61,384 bases of DNA from Clostridia bacterium (GCA_045656005.1 JAZOQG010000011.1:1-61384); one strand, 5' to 3'; shown: positions 40,064-50,316, counted from the first letter of the stretch. The notes: generated by a model not told the origin, from the sequence alone. Numbers and translations are program-made.

Positions 40064-41799
40064 TATTTCTCCTCCTTTGATATTGCACCGAATTTGCAGA
40101 TGTTCATGCAAAGTCCGCAACCGTTGCAAAGTGTAGAGTCAACTAAAACTTGGCCTTCACGGAAACTTAAAGCGGGACATCCTATCTTCATGCACATTTT
40201 GCATTTTTTACATTTTTCGTTGTCTATTACCGCAAGACCCGTAAGTTTAACGCTTTTTAAGAGTGCACATGGGCGCTGTGCAATAATAACGGAGGGCTCG
40301 TCTTTTGAAACTGCCTCTTTTACAACCTTTTCAAACTCGTCAACATCAAATGGGTCTGCAACTTTGATGTGGTCAATTCCGCACGCACGGCAAAGCGCCT
40401 CGAGGTCAACCTGACGTGTTGCTTCTCCCTTTAGTGTTTTGCCCGTTGTGGGGTTATCCTGATGTCCTGTCATACCCGTGATTGAGTTGTCAAGAATGAT
40501 AACAGTTGATGTACCTTTGTTATATACTATGTCAATAAGACCTGTAATTCCCGAATGCATAAATGTGGAGTCGCCTATAATTGCAACAGTTTTGCCTGCA
40601 ATCTCTCTTCCACCTGCCATTTCCATACCGTGTGCCATGGAAACACTTCCGCCCATGCAAAGACATGTGTCAAGGCTCTGCAAGGGAGCTAAGGCGCCAA
40701 GAGTGTAGCAACCGATGTCACCGCAAACCCTGAGACCGAGTTTCTTAAGAACATAGTGCATACCTCTGTGAGGACAACCGGGGCAAAGTACAGGGGGACG
40801 CATTGGAGTTTCCTCGTCAGCCTTGTCAAAAGGCTCAACTTCTTTTCCGAAAATCTTTTCCGCAATCATTTCGGAACTATATTCTCCTAAAAGTGAAAGT
40901 TTATCTTTTCCGTGAACTTCAATGCCAAGTGCTTTTACATGGTTTTCAATAATCGGGTCAAGCTCTTCTATTACATAAAGCTCGTCGACATTTTTTGAAA
41001 ATTCAATTATTAAGTCTGTGGGGAGAGGGAACACCATACCGAGCTTTAAAAAACTTGCACAGGGACATGCCTCTTTCGCATACTGATAGCAGTCACCTGC
41101 GGCAATAATACCAATTTTCTTGTCGCCGTATTCAATTTTGTTAATCTCGTTTGTGTTTGCAATAGCAATAAGGTCATCTGTGCGTTTTTCAACGAGTACG
41201 TGTCTGCCTCTTGCCATTGCAGGCATCATAACATATTTCATTGCATCTTTTTTGTATTCTTTTAAAGATGCATCCTGTCTTTCGCATTCCTCGACAAGGC
41301 TCTGTGAGTGAGCAATTCTTGTTGTAAGACGAATAAGTACAGGAGTGTCAAATTTTTCGCTTATTTCGTAAGCCTTCTTAACATAATCCTTACATTCGCT
41401 GCTGTCAGAAGGCTCGAGCATCGGGATTTTTGAAGCACGCGCATAGTGACGGCTGTCCTGCTCGTTTTGTGATGAGTGCATACCGGGGTCATCTGCAACA
41501 CAAATTACAAGCCCTCCGTTTACACCAGTATATGAAGCAGTAAAAAGTGGGTCTGCGGCAACGTTTAATCCAACGTGCTTCATGCAGCTCATACTTTTTG
41601 CACCTGCAACAGATGCACCAACTGCAACCTCAAGCGCAACCTTTTCGTTTGGTGCCCATTCAGCATATATTTCGTCATATTTTGCGGCAAACTCGGTAAT
41701 TTCCGTGCTGGGGGTACCGGGATAAGACGCCATGACAGTAGCCCCTGCTTCGAAAGCACCCCTTGCTATGGCCTCGTTGCCAAGCATAAGTCTTTTCAT
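40063..41799 (-). CDS. iorA: Indolepyruvate:ferredoxin oxidoreductase alpha subunit
   Basis: GNEAIARG, YPGTPSTE, MKHVGLNVAAD, CPGCPH, GDIGCY, GDSTF, C-terminal ferredoxin. Confidence 0.93.
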   Translation of the reverse strand: MKRLMLGNEAIARGAFEAGATVMASYPGTPSTEITEFAAKYDEIYAEWAPNEKVALEVAVGASVAGAKSMSCMKHVGLNVAADPLFTASYTGVNGGLVICVADDPGMHSSQNEQDSRHYARASKIPMLEPSDSSECKDYVKKAYEISEKFDTPVLIRLTTRIAHSQSLVEECERQDASLKEYKKDAMKYVMMPAMARGRHVLVEKRTDDLIAIANTNEINKIEYGDKKIGIIAAGDCYQYAKEACPCASFLKLGMVFPLPTDLIIEFSKNVDELYVIEELDPIIENHVKALGIEVHGKDKLSLLGEYSSEMIAEKIFGKEVEPFDKADEETPMRPPVLCPGCPHRGMHYVLKKLGLRVCGDIGCYTLGALAPLQSLDTCLCMGGSVSMAHGMEMAGGREIAGKTVAIIGDSTFMHSGITGLIDIVYNKGTSTVIILDNSITGMTGHQDNPTTGKTLKGEATRQVDLEALCRACGIDHIKVADPFDVDEFEKVVKEAVSKDEPSVIIAQRPCALLKSVKLTGLAVIDNEKCKKCKMCMKIGCPALSFREGQVLVDSTLCNGCGLCMNICKFGAISKEEK

Positions 41800-41894
41800 C
41801 CATAACACCTCTGGTTTCTTAAGTATTGTATAACTACTATATTATATCACTGTTTTTTTGCCTTGTAAAGAAAAAACTAAAAAAAGCGGGAAAA

Positions 41895-41924
41895 TGTATT
41901 TTTCAGGCTTTATGGGGAAAAATA
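41895..41924 (+). promoter_or_regulatory. Possible forespore sigma-F/G-type promoter of the ger operon
   Basis: GTATT-~14 bp-GGGAAAAATA resembles GYATA-N15-GGnnAnAHTR. Confidence 0.35.
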
Positions 41925-41942
41925 TCCACGGAGCTGATTTTT

Positions 41943-43496
41943 ATGTTTGAAAAACTTATTAAAAAAATAAATGGATATAATGAAAGACGAAAAGAGGAGG
42001 TTTTTCCGCAGGAGATTGGGGAAAACGTAAAAATAAGTAAAAAACTTTCGGAAAACAATAAGATACTGGAGCCACTTCTCAAAAAGAATAACGATATGGT
42101 AATAAGGCACTTTTGTGCAGGTAACAGAAAAGCCACACTTTATTATGTCGATGGACTTACCTCGCGTGACACTATAAGCGATTTTATTATGCGCGGTCTT
42201 ATGGATGGAAATGAGGATACAAAAAACTTTAAAAACATTGAGGATATTCTTGACTTTGTGCTTGTCTGCGGAGAAGTTTCAAGGGTAAAAACATTAAAAG
42301 AGGCAACAGAAGGCTTTTTAAAAGCAGATCTCACACTTTTTATTGACGGATTTTCAGAGGCGCTTGTAATTAACGCAAAAGGATTTGAAAGACGAAGTAT
42401 ATCAGACCCTCAGACAGACTCCGTTGTAAGAGGACCGAGAGAAGCGTTTGTTGAAAGTATGAGAAGCAACACGGCGCTTCTGCGCAGAAGAATAAGAAGT
42501 ACATCTTTTATAATGGAAAGCATGAAAGCAGGACGAAACACGAAAACGGATATAACACTCGCATACCTTAAAAACGTAGCAGATGAGTCTCTTTTGGAGA
42601 GCATAAGGCAAAGAATTTCAAAAATAGATATAGACGCCATTGTAGATTCAGGCTATATCGAGCAGTTTATTTCCGATAATCCTCTTTCTCCTTTCCCAAC
42701 CATGGGCTTTACTGAAAAACCTGATATTGCCGCGGCAAAAATACTTGAGGGAAGGGTTGCCATAATAGTTGACGGCTCGCCCTTTGTTCTGACTGCACCC
42801 ATGCTTTTTGCAGAAAGTTTTCAGTCACCTGAGGATTATTACACGTCACCCATTTATGGAAGTATAATGCGAATAATAAGATATATCTCGTTCTTTTTGA
42901 GTATATTCGCGCTTCCGATTTATGTTGCAATAACAACATTTCACAGAGAAATACTTCCTCTGCCAACGCTACTCAGTATTGCCGCCGCAGAGGAAGGAAC
43001 ACCTTTTAAAACGAGTACCGAAGCATTTATCATGATTTTAATTTTCGAAATACTTAAAGAGGCTGGTGTCAGAATGCCAAAACCCGTGGGTCAGGCAGTA
43101 AGCATTGTCGGAGCGCTCGTAATAGGTGAAACCGCGGTGTCGGCAGGAATAATAGGTGCGCCAATGGTCATTGCTGTGGCACTGACTGCCCTTACTGCAT
43201 TTGTAGTACCCACTCAGATGAACGCGGTAGTGTTTTTCAGATATTTAATGCTTTTTATGGCAAGTTTTATGGGCGGAGTGGGACTTACCTTAGGAGCCGT
43301 ATTTATAGTAGTTTATCTTTCTAAACTTAAATCTTTCGGAGCGGATTACCTTTCTCCGCTTGCACCTTTTTCACTTGCAGGTATGAAGGATATGTTTGTA
43401 AGAGCACCAATCCGTACGCTTTTGACACGACCGAGGGAAACTTCAAGAAAAAATCCCGTAAGACAGATTTTTTACAGGAAGGGGAATGAAAAATGA
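41943..43496 (+). CDS. Spore germination receptor A subunit (GerKA/GerA family)
   Basis: RGPREAFVES, EKPDIAAAKILEGRVAIIVDGSP, EAGVRMP, VGALVIGE. Confidence 0.92.
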   Translation: MFEKLIKKINGYNERRKEEVFPQEIGENVKISKKLSENNKILEPLLKKNNDMVIRHFCAGNRKATLYYVDGLTSRDTISDFIMRGLMDGNEDTKNFKNIEDILDFVLVCGEVSRVKTLKEATEGFLKADLTLFIDGFSEALVINAKGFERRSISDPQTDSVVRGPREAFVESMRSNTALLRRRIRSTSFIMESMKAGRNTKTDITLAYLKNVADESLLESIRQRISKIDIDAIVDSGYIEQFISDNPLSPFPTMGFTEKPDIAAAKILEGRVAIIVDGSPFVLTAPMLFAESFQSPEDYYTSPIYGSIMRIIRYISFFLSIFALPIYVAITTFHREILPLPTLLSIAAAEEGTPFKTSTEAFIMILIFEILKEAGVRMPKPVGQAVSIVGALVIGETAVSAGIIGAPMVIAVALTALTAFVVPTQMNAVVFFRYLMLFMASFMGGVGLTLGAVFIVVYLSKLKSFGADYLSPLAPFSLAGMKDMFVRAPIRTLLTRPRETSRKNPVRQIFYRKGNEK

Positions 43497-44545
43497 AAAA
43501 AGTCACTTTGTGTATTATGGTTTTCCTTGTACTTCCTCTTTGCGGATGCTTTGGCGCAGAGGATATAAATGACACGGCAATCGTAATGGGTGTAGGCTTT
43601 GACAGCGGGGAAGGAGAGTATTATAAAAGTATAGTTCAGACAGTAGTTCCCGGGGCACTTTCAGATGGTGGCGGAAAAACCTATTCAAATTTTGAGGGGG
43701 ACGGAAAAAGTATAGGAGAGAGTATTTTAAACTCATCTCTTAAATGCGGAAAATATATGAATATGTCCCACACATCTGCCCTTTTGATAAATGAGAAAAT
43801 AGCAGAAAAAGGGGTCAATGAAATATTTGATTACTTTATGCGTGATAAGGAATTTCACTCAACAATAACAGTTGCAGTTTCGGAAGAAAGCGCAGGAAAA
43901 ATACTTGATTGCGAAAGTAAAATTGAAAAAGTTCCTGCATCTAATATCATAAGCCTCGGCAGAAGGTTTCGTGAAAATCCCGTTGGTGAAGAAATAAACG
44001 TTTTCGATTTTGTTTCAAAAAGTCTTGAGAAAAATTCTGCCATAATGGTGCCGATAGTAAAAAGTGCTGGTGATGATATTTCGGTTTCAGCAAACGCAGT
44101 TTTTAAAGACGGAAAGATGGTCGCGAAAATCAGTAACAATGAGGCAAGAGGCATATTGTGGCTCAAAAACAAAATAGAAAAAGCGGATATTACTGCACAA
44201 ATGGAAGGCGCAACTTTTGACGTGAGAATAGAAAAATCCCGCACTAAACTTACTCTTTCTGAAGATGAAGAAATTTATTTTACCGCGGATATAGATACAG
44301 ATGTTTCAATTAAAAGAGATGATAAGGGTGTTTTGAATGCATGGGGGGAAGAAAAAGTCTTGGCAAAAATAAGTGATACCATTAAAAGTGAGATTTTGAC
44401 ATCACTTCACAAAATGCAGGAAATGGGGCTTGATGTCTATAGCTTTGAGGAAAAAATATCCAGAAAATATCCTGATAAAACAAATAATGAAACTTTTAAA
44501 AATTTAAAGGTTTATGTTAATGTAAACAGCAAATTGAGGGATTAG
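43493..44545 (+). CDS. Spore germination receptor C subunit, Ger(x)C lipoprotein
   Basis: Lipobox LPLCGC, VMGVGFD, A-C-B gene order. Confidence 0.85.
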   Translation: MKKVTLCIMVFLVLPLCGCFGAEDINDTAIVMGVGFDSGEGEYYKSIVQTVVPGALSDGGGKTYSNFEGDGKSIGESILNSSLKCGKYMNMSHTSALLINEKIAEKGVNEIFDYFMRDKEFHSTITVAVSEESAGKILDCESKIEKVPASNIISLGRRFRENPVGEEINVFDFVSKSLEKNSAIMVPIVKSAGDDISVSANAVFKDGKMVAKISNNEARGILWLKNKIEKADITAQMEGATFDVRIEKSRTKLTLSEDEEIYFTADIDTDVSIKRDDKGVLNAWGEEKVLAKISDTIKSEILTSLHKMQEMGLDVYSFEEKISRKYPDKTNNETFKNLKVYVNVNSKLRD

Positions 44546-44548
44546 ATT

Positions 44549-45580
44549 ATGAAAAAAATAAGTTCTTTTGAATATGCAGTAACACTTGCAACTGTTTTTC
44601 TGGGTTCATACATTCTGGCAAACGGATTTATTGCAGAAAACGGGCAAAGCTCTCCGCTTATGTCCATGTTTTTGTGTGCTCTTTTGGTGCCTTGCCTGTT
44701 TCTATATTTAAAAGCATTCCGCTATGCTACACTCTTTGATTTTAAAAATAAAAAAGGCGAAAAAATAATTTTGTGGCTTTATGTACTTTTTTTCGTCTTT
44801 CTTGCAGCATATAACGTAAATACTATGGCATCTTTTATAAAAACTTATATACTTCCCCAGACACCAAAATATCTTTTTGTACTTCTTTTTACTTTGCTTT
44901 GTGCCTTCATGGCAAGCGGAGAAGGAAAGGGAGTTTTAAAACTTGCGGCAGTTTTCTTTCTTATTGGTGCAGTAAGCGAAATTGTAAGCACATTTATGCT
45001 TCGTGAAAAGTTTATGTGGGATACGGTGTTAACCTTCAGGGAAGGCAACAACCTTTCCGCATGGAGAAATGTTTTGTCAGGTACCTTGATGCTTTCGGGA
45101 GAAATCGTAGCCGTAAATGCATTTGTTTCTTTTAATGAAAAGAAACGAAAAAAAGCCTTGTGGCTAGGATGTGCTGTAGGAGCATTTTTTGTGCTTTTGC
45201 TCATTTTCAGAAGCGTTGCCGCTTTGGGAAACACAAGCAAAATTTTCACGTGGCCAACCTTTGAAGCACTTAGAATGGTCGATTCAAGAAATAACCTTTC
45301 CAGAATAGAAACAACATCTGCGTTTGTAATTTTAAGCATAGTAATTTTTAAAGTCGGTTTGTTTTTTGCTTCTGCTGCAGAAGGAATTAAAAAACTTTGC
45401 CCAAACGTTAAGAATACACTATTCCTTTTCGCAATTTCGGTGCTGGTGTTTTCTCTTGGCTGTCCCGATTTTCTTTCGGGAGAGGCACTTCTTTCGTCTA
45501 CCATGAAATGGGGTGCGCTTGTCACGCTGCCGTTTGTCCTGATTTTTCCCATTTATTTTTGCTTAAAGAAAAGAAAGTGA
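44549..45580 (+). CDS. Spore germination receptor B subunit (GerAB-like)
   Basis: Multi-TM, LPQTP, SRIE; third gene of the ger operon. Confidence 0.75.
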   Translation: MKKISSFEYAVTLATVFLGSYILANGFIAENGQSSPLMSMFLCALLVPCLFLYLKAFRYATLFDFKNKKGEKIILWLYVLFFVFLAAYNVNTMASFIKTYILPQTPKYLFVLLFTLLCAFMASGEGKGVLKLAAVFFLIGAVSEIVSTFMLREKFMWDTVLTFREGNNLSAWRNVLSGTLMLSGEIVAVNAFVSFNEKKRKKALWLGCAVGAFFVLLLIFRSVAALGNTSKIFTWPTFEALRMVDSRNNLSRIETTSAFVILSIVIFKVGLFFASAAEGIKKLCPNVKNTLFLFAISVLVFSLGCPDFLSGEALLSSTMKWGALVTLPFVLIFPIYFCLKKRK

Positions 45581-45619
45581 TTTAGTTTTATTTTTTAATT
45601 CAACTCTTTAAAATTTTAC

Positions 45620-45648
45620 TTGTATTTAAAAAAATAATGTGATATAAT
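45620..45648 (+). promoter_or_regulatory. sigma-A promoter of metA
   Basis: TTGTAT-17 bp-TATAAT with TG extension. Confidence 0.6.
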
Positions 45649-45677
45649 TTTTTTACTATGATAAAAGGGGGAGTAGT

Positions 45678-46604
45678 ATGCCCATAAAAATTCAGGATAA
45701 ATTACCTGCGGCAAAGGTACTTCGCAGTGAAAATATATTTGTTATGACAGAGAAAAGGGCACAGGGGCAGGATATCCGTCCCTTAAAGATTGCAATTTTT
45801 AATCTTATGCCTACAAAAATCACAACAGAAACGCAGATAATGCGAGCACTTTCAAATTCGCCGTTGCAGGTTGAAATAGTGCTTTTACATACAGCATCAC
45901 ATACATCGAAAAATACCCCGATTGAACATCTTAAGTCCTTTTATAAAACCTTTGATGATGTTAAAGAAGAAAAGTTTGACGGACTTATTATAACGGGCGC
46001 ACCGGTTGAACTTATGAATTTTGAAGAAGTTGATTATTGGGATGAACTTAAGGCAGTAATGGATTGGAGTAAAACTCATGTAACTTCAACATTTCATATT
46101 TGCTGGGCGGCACAGGCAGGACTTTATTATCATTATGGTGTTCCAAAATACACTTTGTCCGAGAAAATGTTTGGTGTTTTCAAACATAAAGTAAACAGAA
46201 AGAAAAATAAACTTGTCCGTGGCTTTGACGATGTGTTTTATGCACCACACTCAAGGCATACGGAGATAAAAAGCGAGGACATAAAAAAGGTAAGCGACCT
46301 TGAAATCATAGCAACTTCAAAAGAGGCAGGAGTTTATATGGTAGCCTCTAAAAACGGAAAGCATGTTTTCGTTACGGGACACTCGGAATATGATGCAGAA
46401 ACCTTGCACCTTGAGTATGTAAGAGATAAAGGAAAGAGGGACGATGTGCCAATTCCCTGCAATTATTATAAAGAAGATAATCCTTCAAATTCCCCCATTG
46501 TTTCATGGCGGGCACATTCAACACTTCTTTTTACAAACTGGCTTAATTACTGCGTATATCAGATAACGCCATATGATTTAAATGAAATAGGTGCCGAAAA
46601 TTGA
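45678..46604 (+). CDS. metA: Homoserine O-acyltransferase MetA, probably acetyl-CoA specific
   Basis: MPIKI, NLMP, TGAPVE (Glu at the specificity position), [18 protein letters not shown]. Confidence 0.95.
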   Translation: MPIKIQDKLPAAKVLRSENIFVMTEKRAQGQDIRPLKIAIFNLMPTKITTETQIMRALSNSPLQVEIVLLHTASHTSKNTPIEHLKSFYKTFDDVKEEKFDGLIITGAPVELMNFEEVDYWDELKAVMDWSKTHVTSTFHICWAAQAGLYYHYGVPKYTLSEKMFGVFKHKVNRKKNKLVRGFDDVFYAPHSRHTEIKSEDIKKVSDLEIIATSKEAGVYMVASKNGKHVFVTGHSEYDAETLHLEYVRDKGKRDDVPIPCNYYKEDNPSNSPIVSWRAHSTLLFTNWLNYCVYQITPYDLNEIGAEN

Positions 46605-47101
46605 GTAAAATAAATCCTGAGAAATTTTATGAAAAAGCTTATGAAATTGTGAGTGCAACACCACTTTTAACAAACTGCGGCAGACTTTGCCAGTGTCTTT
46701 GTTGCAGTGATACTGATGTCGGCGAAGGAATGTATCTTTATCCTTTTGAAGAAATAATGTTTAAAGAAACGTCATTTGCGAAAATTTCCTCCTGTGATTT
46801 TAAGGCAGGCGGAAGAACGGTTTTATTTATGACATGTGAAGGGTTTTGCGAGAGAGATAAAAGACCTCTTGCGTGCAGAATTTTCCCGCTTGTGCCATAC
46901 ATAGGAGTAGACGGAGAGGTACAGGTCATATTTGACCCCAGGGCGGTTGATTTTTGCCCCCTTGAACATAAAAAAATTACAAGGAAATTTAAAAGGCAGG
47001 TAATGGAGGTTACAAATCTGCTTTTAAAAGTTTCGGAAACACGTGACTTTTTAATTGCACAATCAAGATTAATTGACGATTATATGAAAATCGGATTATA
47101 A
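46601..47101 (+). CDS. Cys-cluster hypothetical protein (YkgJ-like motif)
   Basis: [10 protein letters not shown]...CEGFC...RPLACRIFP; TTGA overlap with metA. Confidence 0.65.
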   Translation: MSKINPEKFYEKAYEIVSATPLLTNCGRLCQCLCCSDTDVGEGMYLYPFEEIMFKETSFAKISSCDFKAGGRTVLFMTCEGFCERDKRPLACRIFPLVPYIGVDGEVQVIFDPRAVDFCPLEHKKITRKFKRQVMEVTNLLLKVSETRDFLIAQSRLIDDYMKIGL

Positions 47102-47118
47102 AAGAGAGGAAGAATAAA

Positions 47119-49410
47119 ATGAAAAAGTATTTGTGTTTTTTACTCAGCATTACCCTTGTTTTTACTATGGCAGTACCCGCATTTTCCGCAGGGATAGAAG
47201 AAAGAGATTTGCTCGATTATATGTTCATTAAAAATGTTATTCCTGACCGATACAGCGTGGTATTAATGTCATTATTGTCGAATGACAGTGATGACGGCAT
47301 TTATACTTTGCGCAGTGCTGATGAGATAGACAGTATTGTTGAAGACGTTGAGTTTTATTTGTATCAGTATGGGGTTACAGCGGAAGAACTCAGACCATAT
47401 GTTACTCACCTTTACGAATTTTTCGTTGAAAAGCCTGACCTTTTTACAGTGTTTTGTGGATTTATGCTTAATGAAGAAAATGTACTCATGCCTATGGCGG
47501 ACCAGGACCGATTTGAACAAGAACTTCCCAACATCAACAGTCTTATCCGCGAAAATTTTTATTGTGAAACATTTTTCTTAAATCTTTTGTCAAGAGTTCA
47601 TGATGAGTATTATTCAGAGAAAAACGACGCAGCATTCATATATTATAATGATGAAATCAGAATGAAAAGCGATGCAATGGACTATGTGGATTTTTTTGAA
47701 AATAATGACAGTATTGTAATATCGTGCGCACAAAATCAGATAGAGAATATGCTCTCTGTTATAAACGGCACCGACTTTGCGGAGAAGAGTGCTTTTGTGG
47801 AGTATATGATTTTGATGGGAATTATGTCACCCAATATGGATGAAGGTTCGGCAGAGGAAGAACCTGTGGTAGATACTGTGTATGATGATATGGCAAAAAG
47901 TTATGCTTTGGGAACAGAGGACATAAAAGCATTTTATACTATAGACAGTATAATTGCAGAATATGTTCCGCTTATAAATGCTCAAAAGACCCAAAGTGCA
48001 AAAAATAAAATTATATATGAAGCAATGTCTAAAGCGGCAACATTGAAAGTAGTTGAAGGGAAAGATACATTAAGTATAACAGACAGTGAGCTTGTGTTTT
48101 TTGCGGCTTTGTCAGCGCAGAGGGTAAGAAATAAGCTTGTAGAAAACAATATAAATGTGTCAAGAATCCAGCCGTTTTCTGTAAAGGTTTTGTTTGAAGA
48201 TGAGGATAACATAAAACTTTCCATTGCAAAAGGCGGTGTAAGTGCGGCAAAAGAGGAATGTGCAGATAAACTTTCTGTTGTAACTCCAAACGGAAGTGTT
48301 GTAGTAAATTTATCAAAAGCTTTGGAAAATGATGCATTTGGAAGCAGTATGATATTTGAAATTCTTTATGGCGATGCAGAAACTGTAATTCCTTCACTTT
48401 CGAAATATGCTCAGGGAAATAAAGTGTATAAGATAAAGGCGGGAAATGGTAATTTAGACTATGATACTGCATACTTTGAAAAAGATGTTACCGACGCCGA
48501 GAACCTGTGGGAAGATAATAAGGTTTATAAGTTGGGTAATGATGGAGAGAGAGAGCTTGTTAATAACTATATTTTAGAAGGCAGTAAGGTGTCTTTTGAG
48601 ATAGGTGACGGACAGTATTTTACCCGAATAGACGGAGAATTGGATAATTTTGAAGAAGCGGTACCGACACCTACTCCCACAGTAACCCCAACTCCTGTAA
48701 CACCGCCATCTGATGGAGATAATACAGGAAGTGAAGGCGGTAACGGGAATAATGATTACGAAGATGAAGAAGGCGGAACACCGGTAACCAAGCCATCTGA
48801 TAAAGAACCGTCAACACCTACACCAACACCCGGTGTATCTGTAACACCTTCGCCTGCTTTGAAAGTGTCCTTCAGCGATGTAACAGATTCTCACTGGGCA
48901 AAAAGCTATATTGAAGAGCTTGCGTCAAAGGGAATTTTAAGCGGTGTTGGAAATAATATGTTTAAACCCGATGATTTTGTAACCCGCGAGCAGTTTGCAA
49001 AAATACTGGCAGAAGCATTTGGTATTGTAAATGATAATGCAGAAAGCGATTTTGCTGATGTGGAAAAAGGAAGCTGGTATGAAAAATATGTAGCGACCGT
49101 ATATGCTAAAGGAATAGCAACCGGTATAGGTGAAAATATGTTCGGTATAGGACAGAATATGACAAGACAGGATATGGCGGTTATGATAGTAAGAGCCGCA
49201 AAAGCTCTTGGAATTAACCTTGCAGAACCATCAACACATTCTTTTAATGATGATGGAAAAATAGCTGATTATGCTAAAGAAGCGGTAAGTATTCTGATAA
49301 GTGCAAATGTAGTTTCCGGGTTTGAGGATAACACTTTCAGACCCACAGAAAACTGTACAAGAGCACAGGTTGCAAAAATTGTAAGCGCCGTGCTGGCAAA
49401 AGGAAAATAA
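47119..49410 (+). CDS. Secreted protein with Pro/Thr linker and three C-terminal SLH domains
   Basis: Signal peptide; PTPTPTVTPTP; FSDVTDSHWA...FKPDDFVTREQF, MTRQDMA, FRPTENCTRAQ. Confidence 0.88.
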   Translation: MKKYLCFLLSITLVFTMAVPAFSAGIEERDLLDYMFIKNVIPDRYSVVLMSLLSNDSDDGIYTLRSADEIDSIVEDVEFYLYQYGVTAEELRPYVTHLYEFFVEKPDLFTVFCGFMLNEENVLMPMADQDRFEQELPNINSLIRENFYCETFFLNLLSRVHDEYYSEKNDAAFIYYNDEIRMKSDAMDYVDFFENNDSIVISCAQNQIENMLSVINGTDFAEKSAFVEYMILMGIMSPNMDEGSAEEEPVVDTVYDDMAKSYALGTEDIKAFYTIDSIIAEYVPLINAQKTQSAKNKIIYEAMSKAATLKVVEGKDTLSITDSELVFFAALSAQRVRNKLVENNINVSRIQPFSVKVLFEDEDNIKLSIAKGGVSAAKEECADKLSVVTPNGSVVVNLSKALENDAFGSSMIFEILYGDAETVIPSLSKYAQGNKVYKIKAGNGNLDYDTAYFEKDVTDAENLWEDNKVYKLGNDGERELVNNYILEGSKVSFEIGDGQYFTRIDGELDNFEEAVPTPTPTVTPTPVTPPSDGDNTGSEGGNGNNDYEDEEGGTPVTKPSDKEPSTPTPTPGVSVTPSPALKVSFSDVTDSHWAKSYIEELASKGILSGVGNNMFKPDDFVTREQFAKILAEAFGIVNDNAESDFADVEKGSWYEKYVATVYAKGIATGIGENMFGIGQNMTRQDMAVMIVRAAKALGINLAEPSTHSFNDDGKIADYAKEAVSILISANVVSGFEDNTFRPTENCTRAQVAKIVSAVLAKGK

Positions 49411-49413
49411 GAT

Positions 49414-49980
49414 ATGAAATATATTTTGGCAACACAAAACAAAGGAAAAGTAAAAGAGCTTTGCAAAATCCTTTCAGAGGATGAAATAGTTACAATGAGC
49501 GAAGCGGGTTTCGTGGGTGACATCGTTGAAGATGGTAACTCTTTTGAAGAAAATGCTCTTATAAAGGCAAGGGCAGTTTGCGAAAAAATGGGTGTGCCCA
49601 CAATAGCTGATGATTCGGGACTTGAGGTTTATGCCCTTGATATGCGTCCAGGCATATACTCCGCAAGATATGCTGGCGAAGATGCCACAGATGAGGAAAG
49701 AGTTTTGAAAATTCTTTCCGAACTTGAAGGTAAAGAAGACAGACGCGGAAGATTTGTCTGCGCTGCCGCCGCATGTTTTCCTGATGGGAGAGAGATAGTT
49801 TGCAAAGGTATTGTTGAGGGTGTGATGTTGGATAGCCCAAAGGGTAATGGCGGTTTTGGTTACGACCCCATTTTTAAACCCAATGGCTTTGATAAAACTA
49901 TGTCAGAAATGACTGAGGAAGAAAAAAATGCAATAAGTCACAGAAAAATTGCGTTTGAAAAATTAAAGAAAGAAATATAA
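49414..49980 (+). CDS. rdgB: Non-canonical purine NTP pyrophosphatase
   Basis: ATQNKGK, DDSGL, PGIYSARY, GFGYDPIF, ISHR. Confidence 0.95.
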   Translation: MKYILATQNKGKVKELCKILSEDEIVTMSEAGFVGDIVEDGNSFEENALIKARAVCEKMGVPTIADDSGLEVYALDMRPGIYSARYAGEDATDEERVLKILSELEGKEDRRGRFVCAAAACFPDGREIVCKGIVEGVMLDSPKGNGGFGYDPIFKPNGFDKTMSEMTEEEKNAISHRKIAFEKLKKEI

Positions 49981-49983
49981 GTA

Positions 49984-50008
49984 TGGGGAGCAAGAAACTT
50001 GCTCCCCA
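49984..50008. terminator. Bidirectional terminator
   Basis: TGGGGAGCAAG-aaa-CTTGCTCCCCA. Confidence 0.8.
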
Positions 50009-50017
50009 GTATGGCTT

Positions 50018-50149
50018 TTAGCAGCGAGCGCCACAACTATTGGAACTATAGCTTCCGCAGCCGCCATCGCAGCAGCTCCAGAGCACTAAAAGGATTAAAA
50101 CTACCCAGAAACAGTCATTTTTAACTATGTTACAAATATTACAACACAT
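50018..50149 (-). CDS. 43-aa Cys-rich peptide with hydrophobic segment (not in ORF track)
   Basis: SD AGGAGG; MCCNICNIVKNDCFWVVLILLVLWSCCDGGCGSYSSNSCGARC. Confidence 0.75.
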   Translation of the reverse strand: MCCNICNIVKNDCFWVVLILLVLWSCCDGGCGSYSSNSCGARC

Positions 50150-50169
50150 AAAATTACCCTCCTATCAAA

Positions 50170-50316
50170 TCAGCATCCGCAGTCGCAGTTGTTATCATTG
50201 TGGCAGCCGCATCCGCAACTGTTGTTGTTAGCTGAACCGTTGCAGGAACAGCAGAACAATACGATAAGGATAATAATCCAGAGGAAGTCGTTTCCTTCAC
50301 AATTAAAAAGTCTCAT
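50170..50316 (-). CDS. 48-aa Cys-rich peptide with hydrophobic segment (not in ORF track)
   Basis: SD GGAG; MRLFNCEGNDFLWIIILIVLFCCSCNGSANNNSCGCGCHNDNNCDCGC. Confidence 0.75.
   Translation of the reverse strand: MRLFNCEGNDFLWIIILIVLFCCSCNGSANNNSCGCGCHNDNNCDCGC

Noticed and set aside
41826-41942. Upstream-extended starts in the ORF track (e.g. 41826, 10481, 37761, 40129, 16467, 29329)
   Set aside because: The extensions lack SD sequences and overlap promoters or neighbouring genes; downstream ATGs with SD were used instead
44845-45552. 235-aa ORF antisense to the GerB-like gene
   Set aside because: Mirror of a hydrophobic membrane-protein gene; no SD or recognisable motif
45581-45677. SAM riboswitch or T-box upstream of metA
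   Set aside because: The promoter lies ~30 bp from the start codon; no room and no motif
48655-48860. Short tandem-like repeats (ACACCG/ACACCA)
   Set aside because: They encode the Pro/Thr linker; not CRISPR or VNTR
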